From: Spirochaetaceae bacterium
GTDB taxonomy: Bacteria > Spirochaetota > Spirochaetia > DSM-2461
NCBI GenBank assembly: GCA_965224705.1
Contig: OZ245056.1
Span: 2,560,001-2,624,000, forward strand
Direction: 5' to 3'
DNA: 64,000 bases
Shown piece after piece: positions 20,801 through 30,009 of the stretch (positions within the stretch are counted from its first letter, which is position 1; each line of letters opens with the position of its first letter). The notes below the pieces were generated by a model. The model did not search any database. It saw nothing but the letters and a program-made list of their open reading frames with translations, and was not told where the DNA came from. The position numbers and the translations under genes are program-made.

Positions 20801-21175
20801 CTATGCCCCGGCCTTGCTCAACGCGTTCTCCACGGCGGCCATGATCCCCCGGCTGGTGTAGGTTGCGCCTCCAACGGCATCCACCCTTGTATCCTGTTTC
20901 TTGATGATGGCCTGGGGTATCAGTTTTACCGGCCGTCTCCAGAATCGGGACCCGACTTCGTTATGGCTGAGGACTTCAACCCTGACAATCTGACCATCCC
21001 GGATATCCACTTCCACCTTCAGGCCGGGTCTGAATCCCCGTCCTGTGCCGATGTAGGTTCCATCGGTATAGCGGATTTTCTGGGTGGAATTTGATTCATC
21101 GGGCAGCTGTTGGGCTGGTAAAATCATCGTGATCGCCATAATGGCTCCGAGGAACAAAACACAAAACTTTTTCAT
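20801..21175 (-). CDS. Exported FMN-binding (flavinylated) domain protein
   Basis: Signal peptide, YTDGTYIGTGRGF, VDAVGGATYTS flavinylation-type motif. Confidence 0.88.
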   Translation of the reverse strand: MKKFCVLFLGAIMAITMILPAQQLPDESNSTQKIRYTDGTYIGTGRGFRPGLKVEVDIRDGQIVRVEVLSHNEVGSRFWRRPVKLIPQAIIKKQDTRVDAVGGATYTSRGIMAAVENALSKAGA

Positions 21176-21903
21176 TGCTTATCTCCTTTGTTTCCTGGTC
21201 TGGAGAAGGCCCAGCCGTAGCGCAGAGTTCCGGCTACCGGGCAGGCGCTTATGCATTCCAGGCAATTGATGCATTGAGGATGTCGAATATGACCTCTGGC
21301 GGAAATATTCACCTGGGTGGGGCAGGCTTCGTCGCAGCGCAGGCAATGGACACAGGTATCGGCATCGCGCCGGATGGAAAATACCCTGGCCAGGCTTAAG
21401 GCTCCATACTTCGCGCCCTGGACACAGAAATAGCGGCAGAAGGGGCGATCAATCAGAAGCGCACTGATCAGGAACAGGGCAAGGTATGCCAGGGCAAACC
21501 ATGTGATGTAAGCTGTCTGACCAGTCAGGATGCTCAAGAATGACTGGTAGGGCTGGCTGAGAAAGGACAGAACCGCCATGCCCCCCCAGGCAAGAAATCC
21601 CGCGAGCAGGAGCACGTAGCGTGATAAGATAAGCCAGCGTTCCACCTTGACGGGGACTCTGAATCGTTTGCCGCGCAGCATTTTTCGCCCCAGATACCCT
21701 ATCCATTCCTGGGCCGTTCCCAGGGGACAGAGCCACCCGCAGTAGAAGGCCCCTCCCAGCAGGGCCATGCCCAGCAGAACCAGCATGGTCACAAAATCCT
21801 CGCTGTACAGTGCAAGGATTACCGCAAGGGCGTATCCAATTTGCCCCGAGCGCCGAGCAAACTGCAGCCAGGACCATTGCGGTCTTTTTCGAGTTCTCGC
21901 CAT
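21172..21903 (-). CDS. Membrane 4Fe-4S binding protein (NapH/NosR-like polyferredoxin)
   Basis: FYCGWLCPLG, RPFCRYFC, two CxxCxxCxxxCP motifs, TM segments. Confidence 0.88.
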   Translation of the reverse strand: MARTRKRPQWSWLQFARRSGQIGYALAVILALYSEDFVTMLVLLGMALLGGAFYCGWLCPLGTAQEWIGYLGRKMLRGKRFRVPVKVERWLILSRYVLLLAGFLAWGGMAVLSFLSQPYQSFLSILTGQTAYITWFALAYLALFLISALLIDRPFCRYFCVQGAKYGALSLARVFSIRRDADTCVHCLRCDEACPTQVNISARGHIRHPQCINCLECISACPVAGTLRYGWAFSRPGNKGDKQ

Positions 21904-22323
21904 GATAATTATACCTCTCCTAGGAGCCTAGAGTAATTGACTTCCTGGGCCCTGACAATGGAGGCCCGAAGCTTCCTTTAACCGTAATAACGCATTCGGC
22001 GGTGCTCAAAGCACTCACGCGCCAGTCCATGGATTCCCTCTGTACTGGCGGTCTCTTCTCCCAGACCAATTTTTTCTCCTGGAACTAATATCGCAGGAGA
22101 AGATGATTGCTTTGTGAACGGGATATAATTGTTTTGTAAAAATGACGCCTTGCCCATAGGCGGTGGGGAGATTCAAGCTGTCGGTTCCCTGCTTCTGGGC
22201 CAGATTGCAGAGGTATCCGGCTATTATCGTTACAGGAAGGGTGTCATCCGCAGCGAAGAGTACTCCTGTCGCCAGGGCTGCAGTTTTCTTCAGGGTTTCG
22301 ATGATAACCTTCTTGCCGTCCAG

Positions 22324-22400
22324 GAGCCTGTCGGCGGATAGGCCGCCTTTCATCAGGAAAAATCGTCAAAAATGCCTTGAAGCTTCAAAGTCTGACAGAC
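22324..22400 (-). mobile_element. MITE-A copy 5 (degenerate short form)
   Basis: CCAG|GAGCCTGTCGGCGGATAGG...AAAGTCTGACAGAC, collinear with copy 4. Confidence 0.75.
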
Positions 22401-22444
22401 CGCCAGCCTGAAATTCTTCTGGAAAACCGGGATGAAACTGCGGA

Positions 22445-23530
22445 CTAAAACTCAAATTCAAGCTGGCGTTCACACTGAATTTCCTCAGGAAACAATGAAG
22501 AAAAACTGAGGCCCAGGAGTCGGACTGGTTGAGAACCGGCCCTGGTTGCCTTGAGGAGATCAGTGGCCAGATTTTGTGTTTGATTTAAGGATTGAATGCC
22601 GTTTGCGCATGTATGGCTCCGTGTTACCTGCTTGAAATTGGAGTATTTTACTTTGACAGTCAGAGTTTTACCCATCAGTTTTCGTTCCTTGAGTTCCTGC
22701 CATACTGATGCTGACAGATGAGTCAGGAAAAGTATCATTTCATCAATATTGGTTTTGTTTTGATCAAAAGTGCGTTCTTTTCCCAGTGATTTTCTTTCAT
22801 ATTCGACTGTAACACTCCGATTATCTATTCCTCTACAAACATTGTAGTACCAGGGACCGGCTTCCCCAAACACTTCACTCAGCTGCCACATTGGCCATTT
22901 TCTCAAATCTCCTCCCGTGTGTATTCCCATTTTTGCCATCTTTGCGGCTGTCACCGGTCCTATACCAAAGAATTTCTTGACAGGTAGAGTTTTTAAGAAT
23001 TCCATGGCCTGAGTGGGAATGATAACAGTTAATCCATCTGGTTTTTTCCAGTCAGAAGCAATTTTTGCCAGTGATTTATTGTAGCTCACCCCCGCTGACG
23101 CTGTGAGTTTGGTTACATTTTTTATTCTTTGCCGAATCCATTCGGCAACCTGGGTGGCCGATCTTTCTTTGAGTTTGTTGGTTGTGACATCCAGAAATGC
23201 CTCATCCAGGGAGAGGGGTTCTACAAGATCGGTCACTTCCTTGAAAATGCTGTTAATTTGTTTAGATATATATATATATTCGTCGAAATTAGAATGAGTA
23301 ATGAATACTCCATGTGGGCAGCGGCGATAGGCTTCACTGGTGGGCATTGCCGAATGTATGCCATAGACTCTCGCCTCATAGGAACAGGTTGAAACAACAC
23401 TGCGGCTGTCTGGCGGTCCTCCAACAATAACCGGCTTGCCCTGCAGGGATGGGTTATTTCTTTGTTCTACCGAAGCATAGAAGGCATCCATATCGATGTG
23501 GATAATCTTTCTGACGGTTTCATCATTCAT
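22445..23530 (-). CDS. dinB: DNA polymerase IV
   Basis: IIHIDMDAFYASVEQ, SYEAR, SLDEAFLD, KIASDWKKPDG, VRLLG. Confidence 0.96.
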   Translation of the reverse strand: MNDETVRKIIHIDMDAFYASVEQRNNPSLQGKPVIVGGPPDSRSVVSTCSYEARVYGIHSAMPTSEAYRRCPHGVFITHSNFDEYIYISKQINSIFKEVTDLVEPLSLDEAFLDVTTNKLKERSATQVAEWIRQRIKNVTKLTASAGVSYNKSLAKIASDWKKPDGLTVIIPTQAMEFLKTLPVKKFFGIGPVTAAKMAKMGIHTGGDLRKWPMWQLSEVFGEAGPWYYNVCRGIDNRSVTVEYERKSLGKERTFDQNKTNIDEMILFLTHLSASVWQELKERKLMGKTLTVKVKYSNFKQVTRSHTCANGIQSLNQTQNLATDLLKATRAGSQPVRLLGLSFSSLFPEEIQCERQLEFEF

Positions 23531-23539
23531 TCCGCAGAT

Positions 23540-23569
23540 ACTATACTCCAGTATAGTGTTTTCGGTCAA
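23540..23569 (-). promoter_or_regulatory. Putative dinB sigma70 promoter overlapped by a palindrome
   Basis: Minus strand TTGACC-18 nt-TATAGT; perfect inverted repeat ACTATACT-N2-AGTATAGT at 23540-23557. Confidence 0.45.
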
Positions 23570-25488
23570 TGACCGGAATTCATTTCCATTTTTTCAAGGC
23601 TTTCTGTCACCTCTTCCCAGCGAACACTTGTTCGTTCAATTCTCTCTTCAACATCCTTGATTTTCAGTGAAAGATTGTGAGCTTTTACCGGATCCGAATA
23701 ATTTTCCGGTTTTTCCAGTTCAAAATGGAGATTGGAGTTTGATAGTTCCATTTCTTCCAGTTCAGATGCAATGTTTTTTTCTTCCTTCCTTAATCGTGAC
23801 AATTCCGCCTTGCGTTTTTTCATATCTTCGTAGGAAGAAGTGGTCGATTTGTTCTTTCTGCCCGAATTCTGTTTTTCATGAGGTGAAGGATTTTCTTCAA
23901 TTCTCCATCTGTAATAGGAATAATCTCCCAGAAATAGTTTTCCTCTTCCATCTCTGATCTCCAGAACCCTGTCGGCTATGTGCTCAAGAAAGTATTTATC
24001 ATGAGAAACAATGACCAATGTTCCTCCGAAATCTGATAAGGCATTGAGAAGGATGTCTTTCGATGTGATATCAAGGTGGTTGGTTGGTTCATCAAGAACA
24101 AGGAGATTGACTGGCTCAAGTAAGAGTTTCAGCAGGGATAAGCGATTTTTTTCTCCACCTGAAAGAATCCCGACTTTCTTATCGATATCATCACCTGAGA
24201 AGAGAAAGCTTCCCAGCAAGTTTCTCAAATGGTTCTTATCCTCTCTGGAATCCCTGGCCGCCTCATCAAGAACAGTGAGGGATGAATCGAGAACAGCATC
24301 CTGATCCTGGGAAAAATAGCCAATTTTCACCCCGTTTCCAAATTGCAGACTACCGGAGTATCCTGTGTCATTTCCGGAAACAATACGCAGAAAAGTGGAT
24401 TTTCCGGCTCCATTGACTCCAACGACGGCTGTTTTTGATCCACGGGGCAGCTCCAGATTGAGTTCGGAAAAAACTGTATTCTCATCATATTGATAGGACA
24501 GATTCTCACAGCGGAGAACATTTTTTCCGCTGTAAGGGACTTTTGGAAATTTCAGGCGCATACGTTTCATGGCCGCTGGAATGGTTATTCGCTTCAGTTC
24601 AGCAAGCATCTTGACGCGTGACTGAACCTGTGCTGCCTTTGATTTCTTGTATCGAAAACGGTTGATAAATGATTCTATCCGGGCAATTTCTTCCTGCTGC
24701 TGTTTCCATTTCTTTAAAAGAATAACCGTCTCCTTCTTCTTCAAATCTTCGTATTCACTGAAGGTGCTTTTGTACATTCTCACCCTGGACATGAATATTT
24801 CGGCCACCTGCCTGCAGGTTTCGTCCAGGAAGCGGCGGTCATGAGAGACCAGCATCACACCGCCTGAATACTGCTGGATGAAGTCCCTCAGCCACTCCCT
24901 TGCTTCCAGATCGAGGTAGTTCGTTGGTTCATCCAGAAGGAGTATGTCGGGAGCAAGAAGCAGGATCTTTGACAGAGCTATACGCATTTGCCAGCCCCCT
25001 GAAAATGCCGCCACATCCGATTCAAAATCTTTCTGCTTAAAACCAAGACCTGTCAGAACTTGTTCGACACGGTTTGCTTTTTTATCCCATTCAGCATCGT
25101 CCAGGATGTCGGATATTTTTTGATATCTGCGGAGTAATGCTTCCTGATTTGAATCATTTTTTTCAAGTTGTTCAGTAATTTCTTCAGCTTCAAGTGCCAG
25201 CTTATTCAGTTCGCTGAAAGCCTCATGAACTTCTTCAAGCAGGGTGTGCCCCCTGTGAACAATACCGAATTGAGGCAAATAGGCAGTTTTTACCTTATCT
25301 GAGCAGATAATTTTTCCAGAATCAGCTTCCATCAGACCGGCTATCGTTTTCATCAGTGTTGATTTACCGCTGCCATTGGCACCGGTCAATGCGATTCGAC
25401 TCCCGGATGTTATAAGGAGTTGTACGTTTGAAAAAACCGAATGGTCCCCAAACGCCAGGGATAAACCGTCAAGTTGGATGGAATCCAT
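23566..25488 (-). CDS. ABC-F family ATP-binding protein
   Basis: Two ABC cassettes (GANGSGKST/FSGGW/LDEPTN; GVNGAGKST/LSGGE/LDEPTNHLD), no TM, coiled-coil tail. Confidence 0.95.
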   Translation of the reverse strand: MDSIQLDGLSLAFGDHSVFSNVQLLITSGSRIALTGANGSGKSTLMKTIAGLMEADSGKIICSDKVKTAYLPQFGIVHRGHTLLEEVHEAFSELNKLALEAEEITEQLEKNDSNQEALLRRYQKISDILDDAEWDKKANRVEQVLTGLGFKQKDFESDVAAFSGGWQMRIALSKILLLAPDILLLDEPTNYLDLEAREWLRDFIQQYSGGVMLVSHDRRFLDETCRQVAEIFMSRVRMYKSTFSEYEDLKKKETVILLKKWKQQQEEIARIESFINRFRYKKSKAAQVQSRVKMLAELKRITIPAAMKRMRLKFPKVPYSGKNVLRCENLSYQYDENTVFSELNLELPRGSKTAVVGVNGAGKSTFLRIVSGNDTGYSGSLQFGNGVKIGYFSQDQDAVLDSSLTVLDEAARDSREDKNHLRNLLGSFLFSGDDIDKKVGILSGGEKNRLSLLKLLLEPVNLLVLDEPTNHLDITSKDILLNALSDFGGTLVIVSHDKYFLEHIADRVLEIRDGRGKLFLGDYSYYRWRIEENPSPHEKQNSGRKNKSTTSSYEDMKKRKAELSRLRKEEKNIASELEEMELSNSNLHFELEKPENYSDPVKAHNLSLKIKDVEERIERTSVRWEEVTESLEKMEMNSGH

Positions 25489-25489
25489 A

Positions 25490-26821
25490 TTACTCAGATG
25501 GGTGCAGGTTTACACCGTCTTCAGTGGTTTCATCAGTTGTTGACTTGAAAAAGATTCGCACAGAATCAAAGAACTGATCCGTGATAACAATTCTGTCATT
25601 GATGGAATTGTCAGGGATGTAAAGCAGGTTCAGCCCATTGTCTCTCAATGTATAGATGAAAACCAATGTTTCACCATTGTCAAAACCAAGTCTGAATACG
25701 CCGTCATAACCTTCGGCAATCTCTGGAGCCAGAAAATGATCAAAGAATACGGATGCCGTATTCCCGGCGTCCAGTGAAAGGATTCTTTTTGATATGAGAG
25801 TAGATTTGCCGCTCCAGGAGCATCGACCATCTTCAAAGAGTGCAAGGCTGCCATAGGAACGACTCTCATACACCGGTCCGTTTTCAATTAAAGCAGAATA
25901 CAGTTGGTTTTGACGTTCGATTTCCGCAGAGATGTAATCATCAATATTCCCGCCCAGATGTATGAAGGCTTCATAATGTTCAGTTCCGTCAGCAGTGTAC
26001 TGGATACTGACAAAAGTATTGGTATTGACGGTTACTCGAAAGCTTGTTCCATGAAAGTCGTAGCGATTGAAGCCCACCGGAATGATGTCCGTCCATACTT
26101 CTAAAAGGGTTGTTTCGGGAAGTTTTACTCTCAGGGTCTGCTTTTCACTGTTGATGAAAAAGCCATATTCGGGCCGGAACAAATCCAGATTTATCTGCTT
26201 GTTGTTTATCATGTTTTGAAAGTATTTTGGCCGCCAGGTTTTGGATAGAAAATCATTGAGCTGTGCGTCTTCTGTATCTCTGACGTTGAGAATTTCCTCT
26301 TCACCACCTTTGATTCTGATGACTTTGAGATGATAATCGAATACATATCCCTCAACACCACCATAGGCAAGGACTTTATACCAGAAACCTTCAAGGTTTC
26401 CCACCATGACCGGTCCGGGTTCCTGACTGAGAATTTTGATTAAATCTCCTTCTATAAATCGATACACCTGGTCTGAGGTATTTCTGGGTTCCGATCTCAT
26501 GGGGAGTCCCTGATACAGGCATTCAGCATAGACATCTTTCCACTCGCCTATACTGGCGGCCCAGGCAGCAGCATCCTTTTCCTGCTTGAAAATCCTGAGT
26601 CTCCACTGATCAATTTCCTCTTTCAGTCTTGGCTGGTCGGGCAGATTGACTATGTAGGACTTGTTTAGAAAGGATTCGTCTATGACTGTGAAGAGATCGC
26701 CGGATTCCCATCGGCTATCCTCTGGTGCCCACATGAGAACTCCAGTACCAAGCTTATTGCAGCCGCCAAGTGCTGACAGGAGGAGCAGGCATTTCAAGGT
26801 ATACAGAAGCCGGTTCATCAT
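25490..26821 (-). CDS. Lipoprotein with SH3-like domain
   Basis: Lipobox LGGC; LPMRSEP..WYKV..GVEGYVFDY. Confidence 0.75.
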   Translation of the reverse strand: MMNRLLYTLKCLLLLSALGGCNKLGTGVLMWAPEDSRWESGDLFTVIDESFLNKSYIVNLPDQPRLKEEIDQWRLRIFKQEKDAAAWAASIGEWKDVYAECLYQGLPMRSEPRNTSDQVYRFIEGDLIKILSQEPGPVMVGNLEGFWYKVLAYGGVEGYVFDYHLKVIRIKGGEEEILNVRDTEDAQLNDFLSKTWRPKYFQNMINNKQINLDLFRPEYGFFINSEKQTLRVKLPETTLLEVWTDIIPVGFNRYDFHGTSFRVTVNTNTFVSIQYTADGTEHYEAFIHLGGNIDDYISAEIERQNQLYSALIENGPVYESRSYGSLALFEDGRCSWSGKSTLISKRILSLDAGNTASVFFDHFLAPEIAEGYDGVFRLGFDNGETLVFIYTLRDNGLNLLYIPDNSINDRIVITDQFFDSVRIFFKSTTDETTEDGVNLHPSE

Positions 26822-26834
26822 TACTCCCTGCCAG

Positions 26835-27650
26835 TTACGGGTCCAGCAATATGGCTATACGCCCTTCCGCCAATGCCAGACGGCCGGACTCTGAAGCCAT
26901 AATTCGCAGTGTATCATCCTTGCTTAGAATAATATCGCAGGGGTACTCTCCATACAATGCCCTGGCAAGAATTCTGAGCGGACGGCGGCCGACCATGGTA
27001 TCAATTTCTTCTCTTCGCTCCATGGGTCTGTAGCTTAGTTTTTTGAAGGATTCAAAGTTGGAATCAAATACTACCCGTAGATCTGTATCCAGAATTCGTG
27101 CTTTGAGAGCCGGCTGTGGATTTCCTGTATTGCCCGTACCCACAATAGGGAGAGCGTTTGGGGCATAAATGACTATACCCGTCCATGGATCTTCGGGAAC
27201 TGGAATCCCGATAACCGGGTACCTCTCCTGGAAATCCACTTCTTTTGTGGGAAATAAATCATGCACAGCTTCCATTATATTGACCGAGTATTGTGCGATT
27301 ATGAATTTTCTATCAGTCGAAAGGTGACTCCATTCCTTTTTCAGGGTTGAGGAAAGTTGTTTGATCGTTGAGCGGATTTCAGGTAGTTTTAGCTCTGCCA
27401 GACTGCCCTCATTATTCCACGGCAGGAGTCCAAGTTGTCTTTCAATCAGCGGCCCCAGTTCACTTTCAAGGGAATTCAATGCCATGGGGTGATCCGCCGG
27501 TGTCATTCCGGGATTCAGAGGGTGGGTTGCCTTTATCTGGAATATTCCGCTGCTCCAGTCCATTGATGCTGTAATGGCAGTTTGAGCGAAACCTCTGTTC
27601 ACTCCGCCGAAAAGCAGTGCGAAAACAAGTATAAGGAAGCAGTTCTTCAC
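26835..27650 (-). CDS. Conserved hypothetical exported protein
   Basis: GTG start overlapping the upstream stop; signal peptide; TGIVIYA..PAL..ARALYG..DIILS pattern. Confidence 0.7.
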   Translation of the reverse strand: MKNCFLILVFALLFGGVNRGFAQTAITASMDWSSGIFQIKATHPLNPGMTPADHPMALNSLESELGPLIERQLGLLPWNNEGSLAELKLPEIRSTIKQLSSTLKKEWSHLSTDRKFIIAQYSVNIMEAVHDLFPTKEVDFQERYPVIGIPVPEDPWTGIVIYAPNALPIVGTGNTGNPQPALKARILDTDLRVVFDSNFESFKKLSYRPMERREEIDTMVGRRPLRILARALYGEYPCDIILSKDDTLRIMASESGRLALAEGRIAILLDP

Positions 27651-28993
27651 TTGCCTTCCTCCTCTGTCGGCACCCACAGCAGACTTCCTGTGTGAAGAAT
27701 GCCATGCACAGGGCGATAATTCATTTCCGCAAGCAATTCCGGTGAGACACCGAACAGTCTGGAAATAGACCACAGCGAATCACCCGGTTTCACTCTGTAT
27801 TGACCTTCCCATCTGGGTATTTCATCGGCAGCAATTCCCGGCACAGGGGTATTGGTTCCAGGAACATAGACATGTCGGCCAATCCTGAGAGATTCCATCT
27901 CCAGGGAAGGATTGTACTTCATAATGTCATTGATGGGTATATTCAGACTTCTGGAGATGCTTGAAAGGGAATCTTCAGGCTGAACGACATATCGCCAGAA
28001 TCGTTCAGGAGCATCTTCTATATTATCGATGAAGGATCTGATCTCAGTTTCATCTAAATCACCGGCTGGTATTTTGACTATGTAATCCTGAATCGACGGC
28101 GGAGTGACTGACTGATGCAATTCCTGATTGCCCTCATGGAGCAGTTTATTGTCTACACCGGGGATAGCGGTTAGTTGATTGAAGTGTAAGGAGCGGTTTA
28201 ATTGTATTTTGAACCATCGCTCTGGTTTTTTCCATTTCAAAGGCAGTCCCATGCGGCCCGCATGGGCTTGAATATAGGCAACTGCTATAACTTGAGGAAC
28301 ATAGTTCTGTGTTTCGGGAGGGATGATACCTTCATCCAGCATCGTCCAGAAATTCGTATAGTTACCTGTATTTTTAAGTTTTCTCAATCTTGTTGGTCCG
28401 GCATTATATGCTGCAATTGTCAGAGGCCAATCCCCAAAGATCCTGTAGGAAAAAAGAAGTTCTTCTGATGCGGCTTCCGTAGAACGCCAGATATCTCTTC
28501 TTTCATCCCGCCATGTATCGATTATTAATCCACGTCCACGGCCAGTCGATTCAAGGAACTGCCAGGGGCCCATGGCCCCGGAAGGGGATACTATGTTTAT
28601 CTGCCAGTTTGATTCTACTATTGGTATGGATAATAGTTCCCAGGGAATACCCGCATTCCTTAAAATGGTACCTACTTCGGTACGGAATTCAAATGCCCTT
28701 TCCATTGCAGATTGCAGTTTACGCAATCCGGCATCATCCGACCATCGATCAATCCAGTATTCAACATCGCTCCGTACGAACAGGTCTGTCTCAAATCCTG
28801 GAGACCATGCCTTTGGACCTGTATGACCCCGTCTGGATTTTTTATATGCTTCCTTCCCGTTTGTCAGCTTCGGCTGTATGGACATCAAAGGCTCAAGTGG
28901 ACCAACATGGTTACCCGCAGCCATTGTGACAATACCGACAAGAAGAATAAGGATTATATTCGTTCGCCGAAATATATACCGCCCCATTCCCAT
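27647..28993 (-). CDS. Lytic murein transglycosylase (MltD-like) with LysM domains
   Basis: IVES, GAMGPWQF, AAYNAG, ETQNYVP; two LysM (YVVQPEDSLSSI, YRVKPGDSLWSI). Confidence 0.92.
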   Translation of the reverse strand: MGMGRYIFRRTNIILILLVGIVTMAAGNHVGPLEPLMSIQPKLTNGKEAYKKSRRGHTGPKAWSPGFETDLFVRSDVEYWIDRWSDDAGLRKLQSAMERAFEFRTEVGTILRNAGIPWELLSIPIVESNWQINIVSPSGAMGPWQFLESTGRGRGLIIDTWRDERRDIWRSTEAASEELLFSYRIFGDWPLTIAAYNAGPTRLRKLKNTGNYTNFWTMLDEGIIPPETQNYVPQVIAVAYIQAHAGRMGLPLKWKKPERWFKIQLNRSLHFNQLTAIPGVDNKLLHEGNQELHQSVTPPSIQDYIVKIPAGDLDETEIRSFIDNIEDAPERFWRYVVQPEDSLSSISRSLNIPINDIMKYNPSLEMESLRIGRHVYVPGTNTPVPGIAADEIPRWEGQYRVKPGDSLWSISRLFGVSPELLAEMNYRPVHGILHTGSLLWVPTEEEGK

Positions 28994-29991
28994 CGTCCAT
29001 TTATTTCCGGATCAACCGGATAGTCAATTTTGCGAAAATAGAGATACCATGTTGGTATCTTCCATGTCCATCCAGCAGTCCATAGAAAGGCTTCTCTATC
29101 ATTTGAATACTCATCCAGTTCCTTCTTGAAACGAACCCTGTTTGTCAGGAAGGACCCCAGTGTCATGGGGATGTGGGTGAAGGAGTCGGAGGTTTCCTGA
29201 CTCCAGTTCATGAAGAAGAAATTCTCCGATTGATAACGATGAAGAAGCTGGATATTTTGAGATTGGATGGCGTATTTAATCGTCTGAACAAGACTATCCA
29301 GGCTGACCATTGTCCATGATTTGTTTCCAGCATGAAATCTCAATGCATCACCTGCGATTGAGCGTGCATCTGGAATACCGGGGATGACGGCATCAGAATC
29401 AGCAAGAAATGCTCTGTAATGTTCATACATACTATCCCACTCACCAATCTTCTTATACTCATTGGCTAAGTAGAAATGATTCGTGCTGACATTGATACGG
29501 TCAGAAAATCGAGTTTGAATCTCTTCTCTGGCCGCAATGGCTTCACGCGGGGAATGAGTATTCAAGGCAATTTCTCCCAGAGCCAGATGATGTATGGAAC
29601 GGTTATTGACGATGAGGTCCGGATAATTATTAAGCAGTCTTCGCAAATAATCCAGAGCTAATTCATCAGAATCAGTGCCTCCCGCCCCTTCGGCCATGGA
29701 CATCAGGTAATAGGCCCCATAAGGATCATCTGGGTTTTTTTCCAGCACAGTACCCAGAATAGATATAAGCCAGTCAAATTCACCAAGTGCTCTTGCCTTT
29801 GATATGATGGGTTCCAATGCTGTATACCGCAATGCAGGATCCGCATCCTCCTTTGATGCTATTTCCAGGTAATCTATTATATCTTCATGATTGGATAAAC
29901 TTTCTGGAAGTGCTGACCTGTCACAGGAGATTACCAGGGATGAGTATCCTGACAAAAAACAAAATAAAAGAATGAATCTTGTGGGAATCAT
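28954..29991 (-). CDS. TPR-like lipoprotein
   Basis: Leader ending VISC; helical TPR-like segments; C-terminal WYLYFRKI..GRWEWGGIYFGE. Confidence 0.7.
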   Translation of the reverse strand: MIPTRFILLFCFLSGYSSLVISCDRSALPESLSNHEDIIDYLEIASKEDADPALRYTALEPIISKARALGEFDWLISILGTVLEKNPDDPYGAYYLMSMAEGAGGTDSDELALDYLRRLLNNYPDLIVNNRSIHHLALGEIALNTHSPREAIAAREEIQTRFSDRINVSTNHFYLANEYKKIGEWDSMYEHYRAFLADSDAVIPGIPDARSIAGDALRFHAGNKSWTMVSLDSLVQTIKYAIQSQNIQLLHRYQSENFFFMNWSQETSDSFTHIPMTLGSFLTNRVRFKKELDEYSNDREAFLWTAGWTWKIPTWYLYFRKIDYPVDPEINGRWEWGGIYFGERI

Positions 29992-30009
29992 TGTGAGTAT
30001 GCTTCTATC

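Noticed and set aside
21975..22320. Decayed minus-strand reading frame next to MITE copy 5
   Set aside because: Looks like a gene remnant but no family is recognisable; not annotated.
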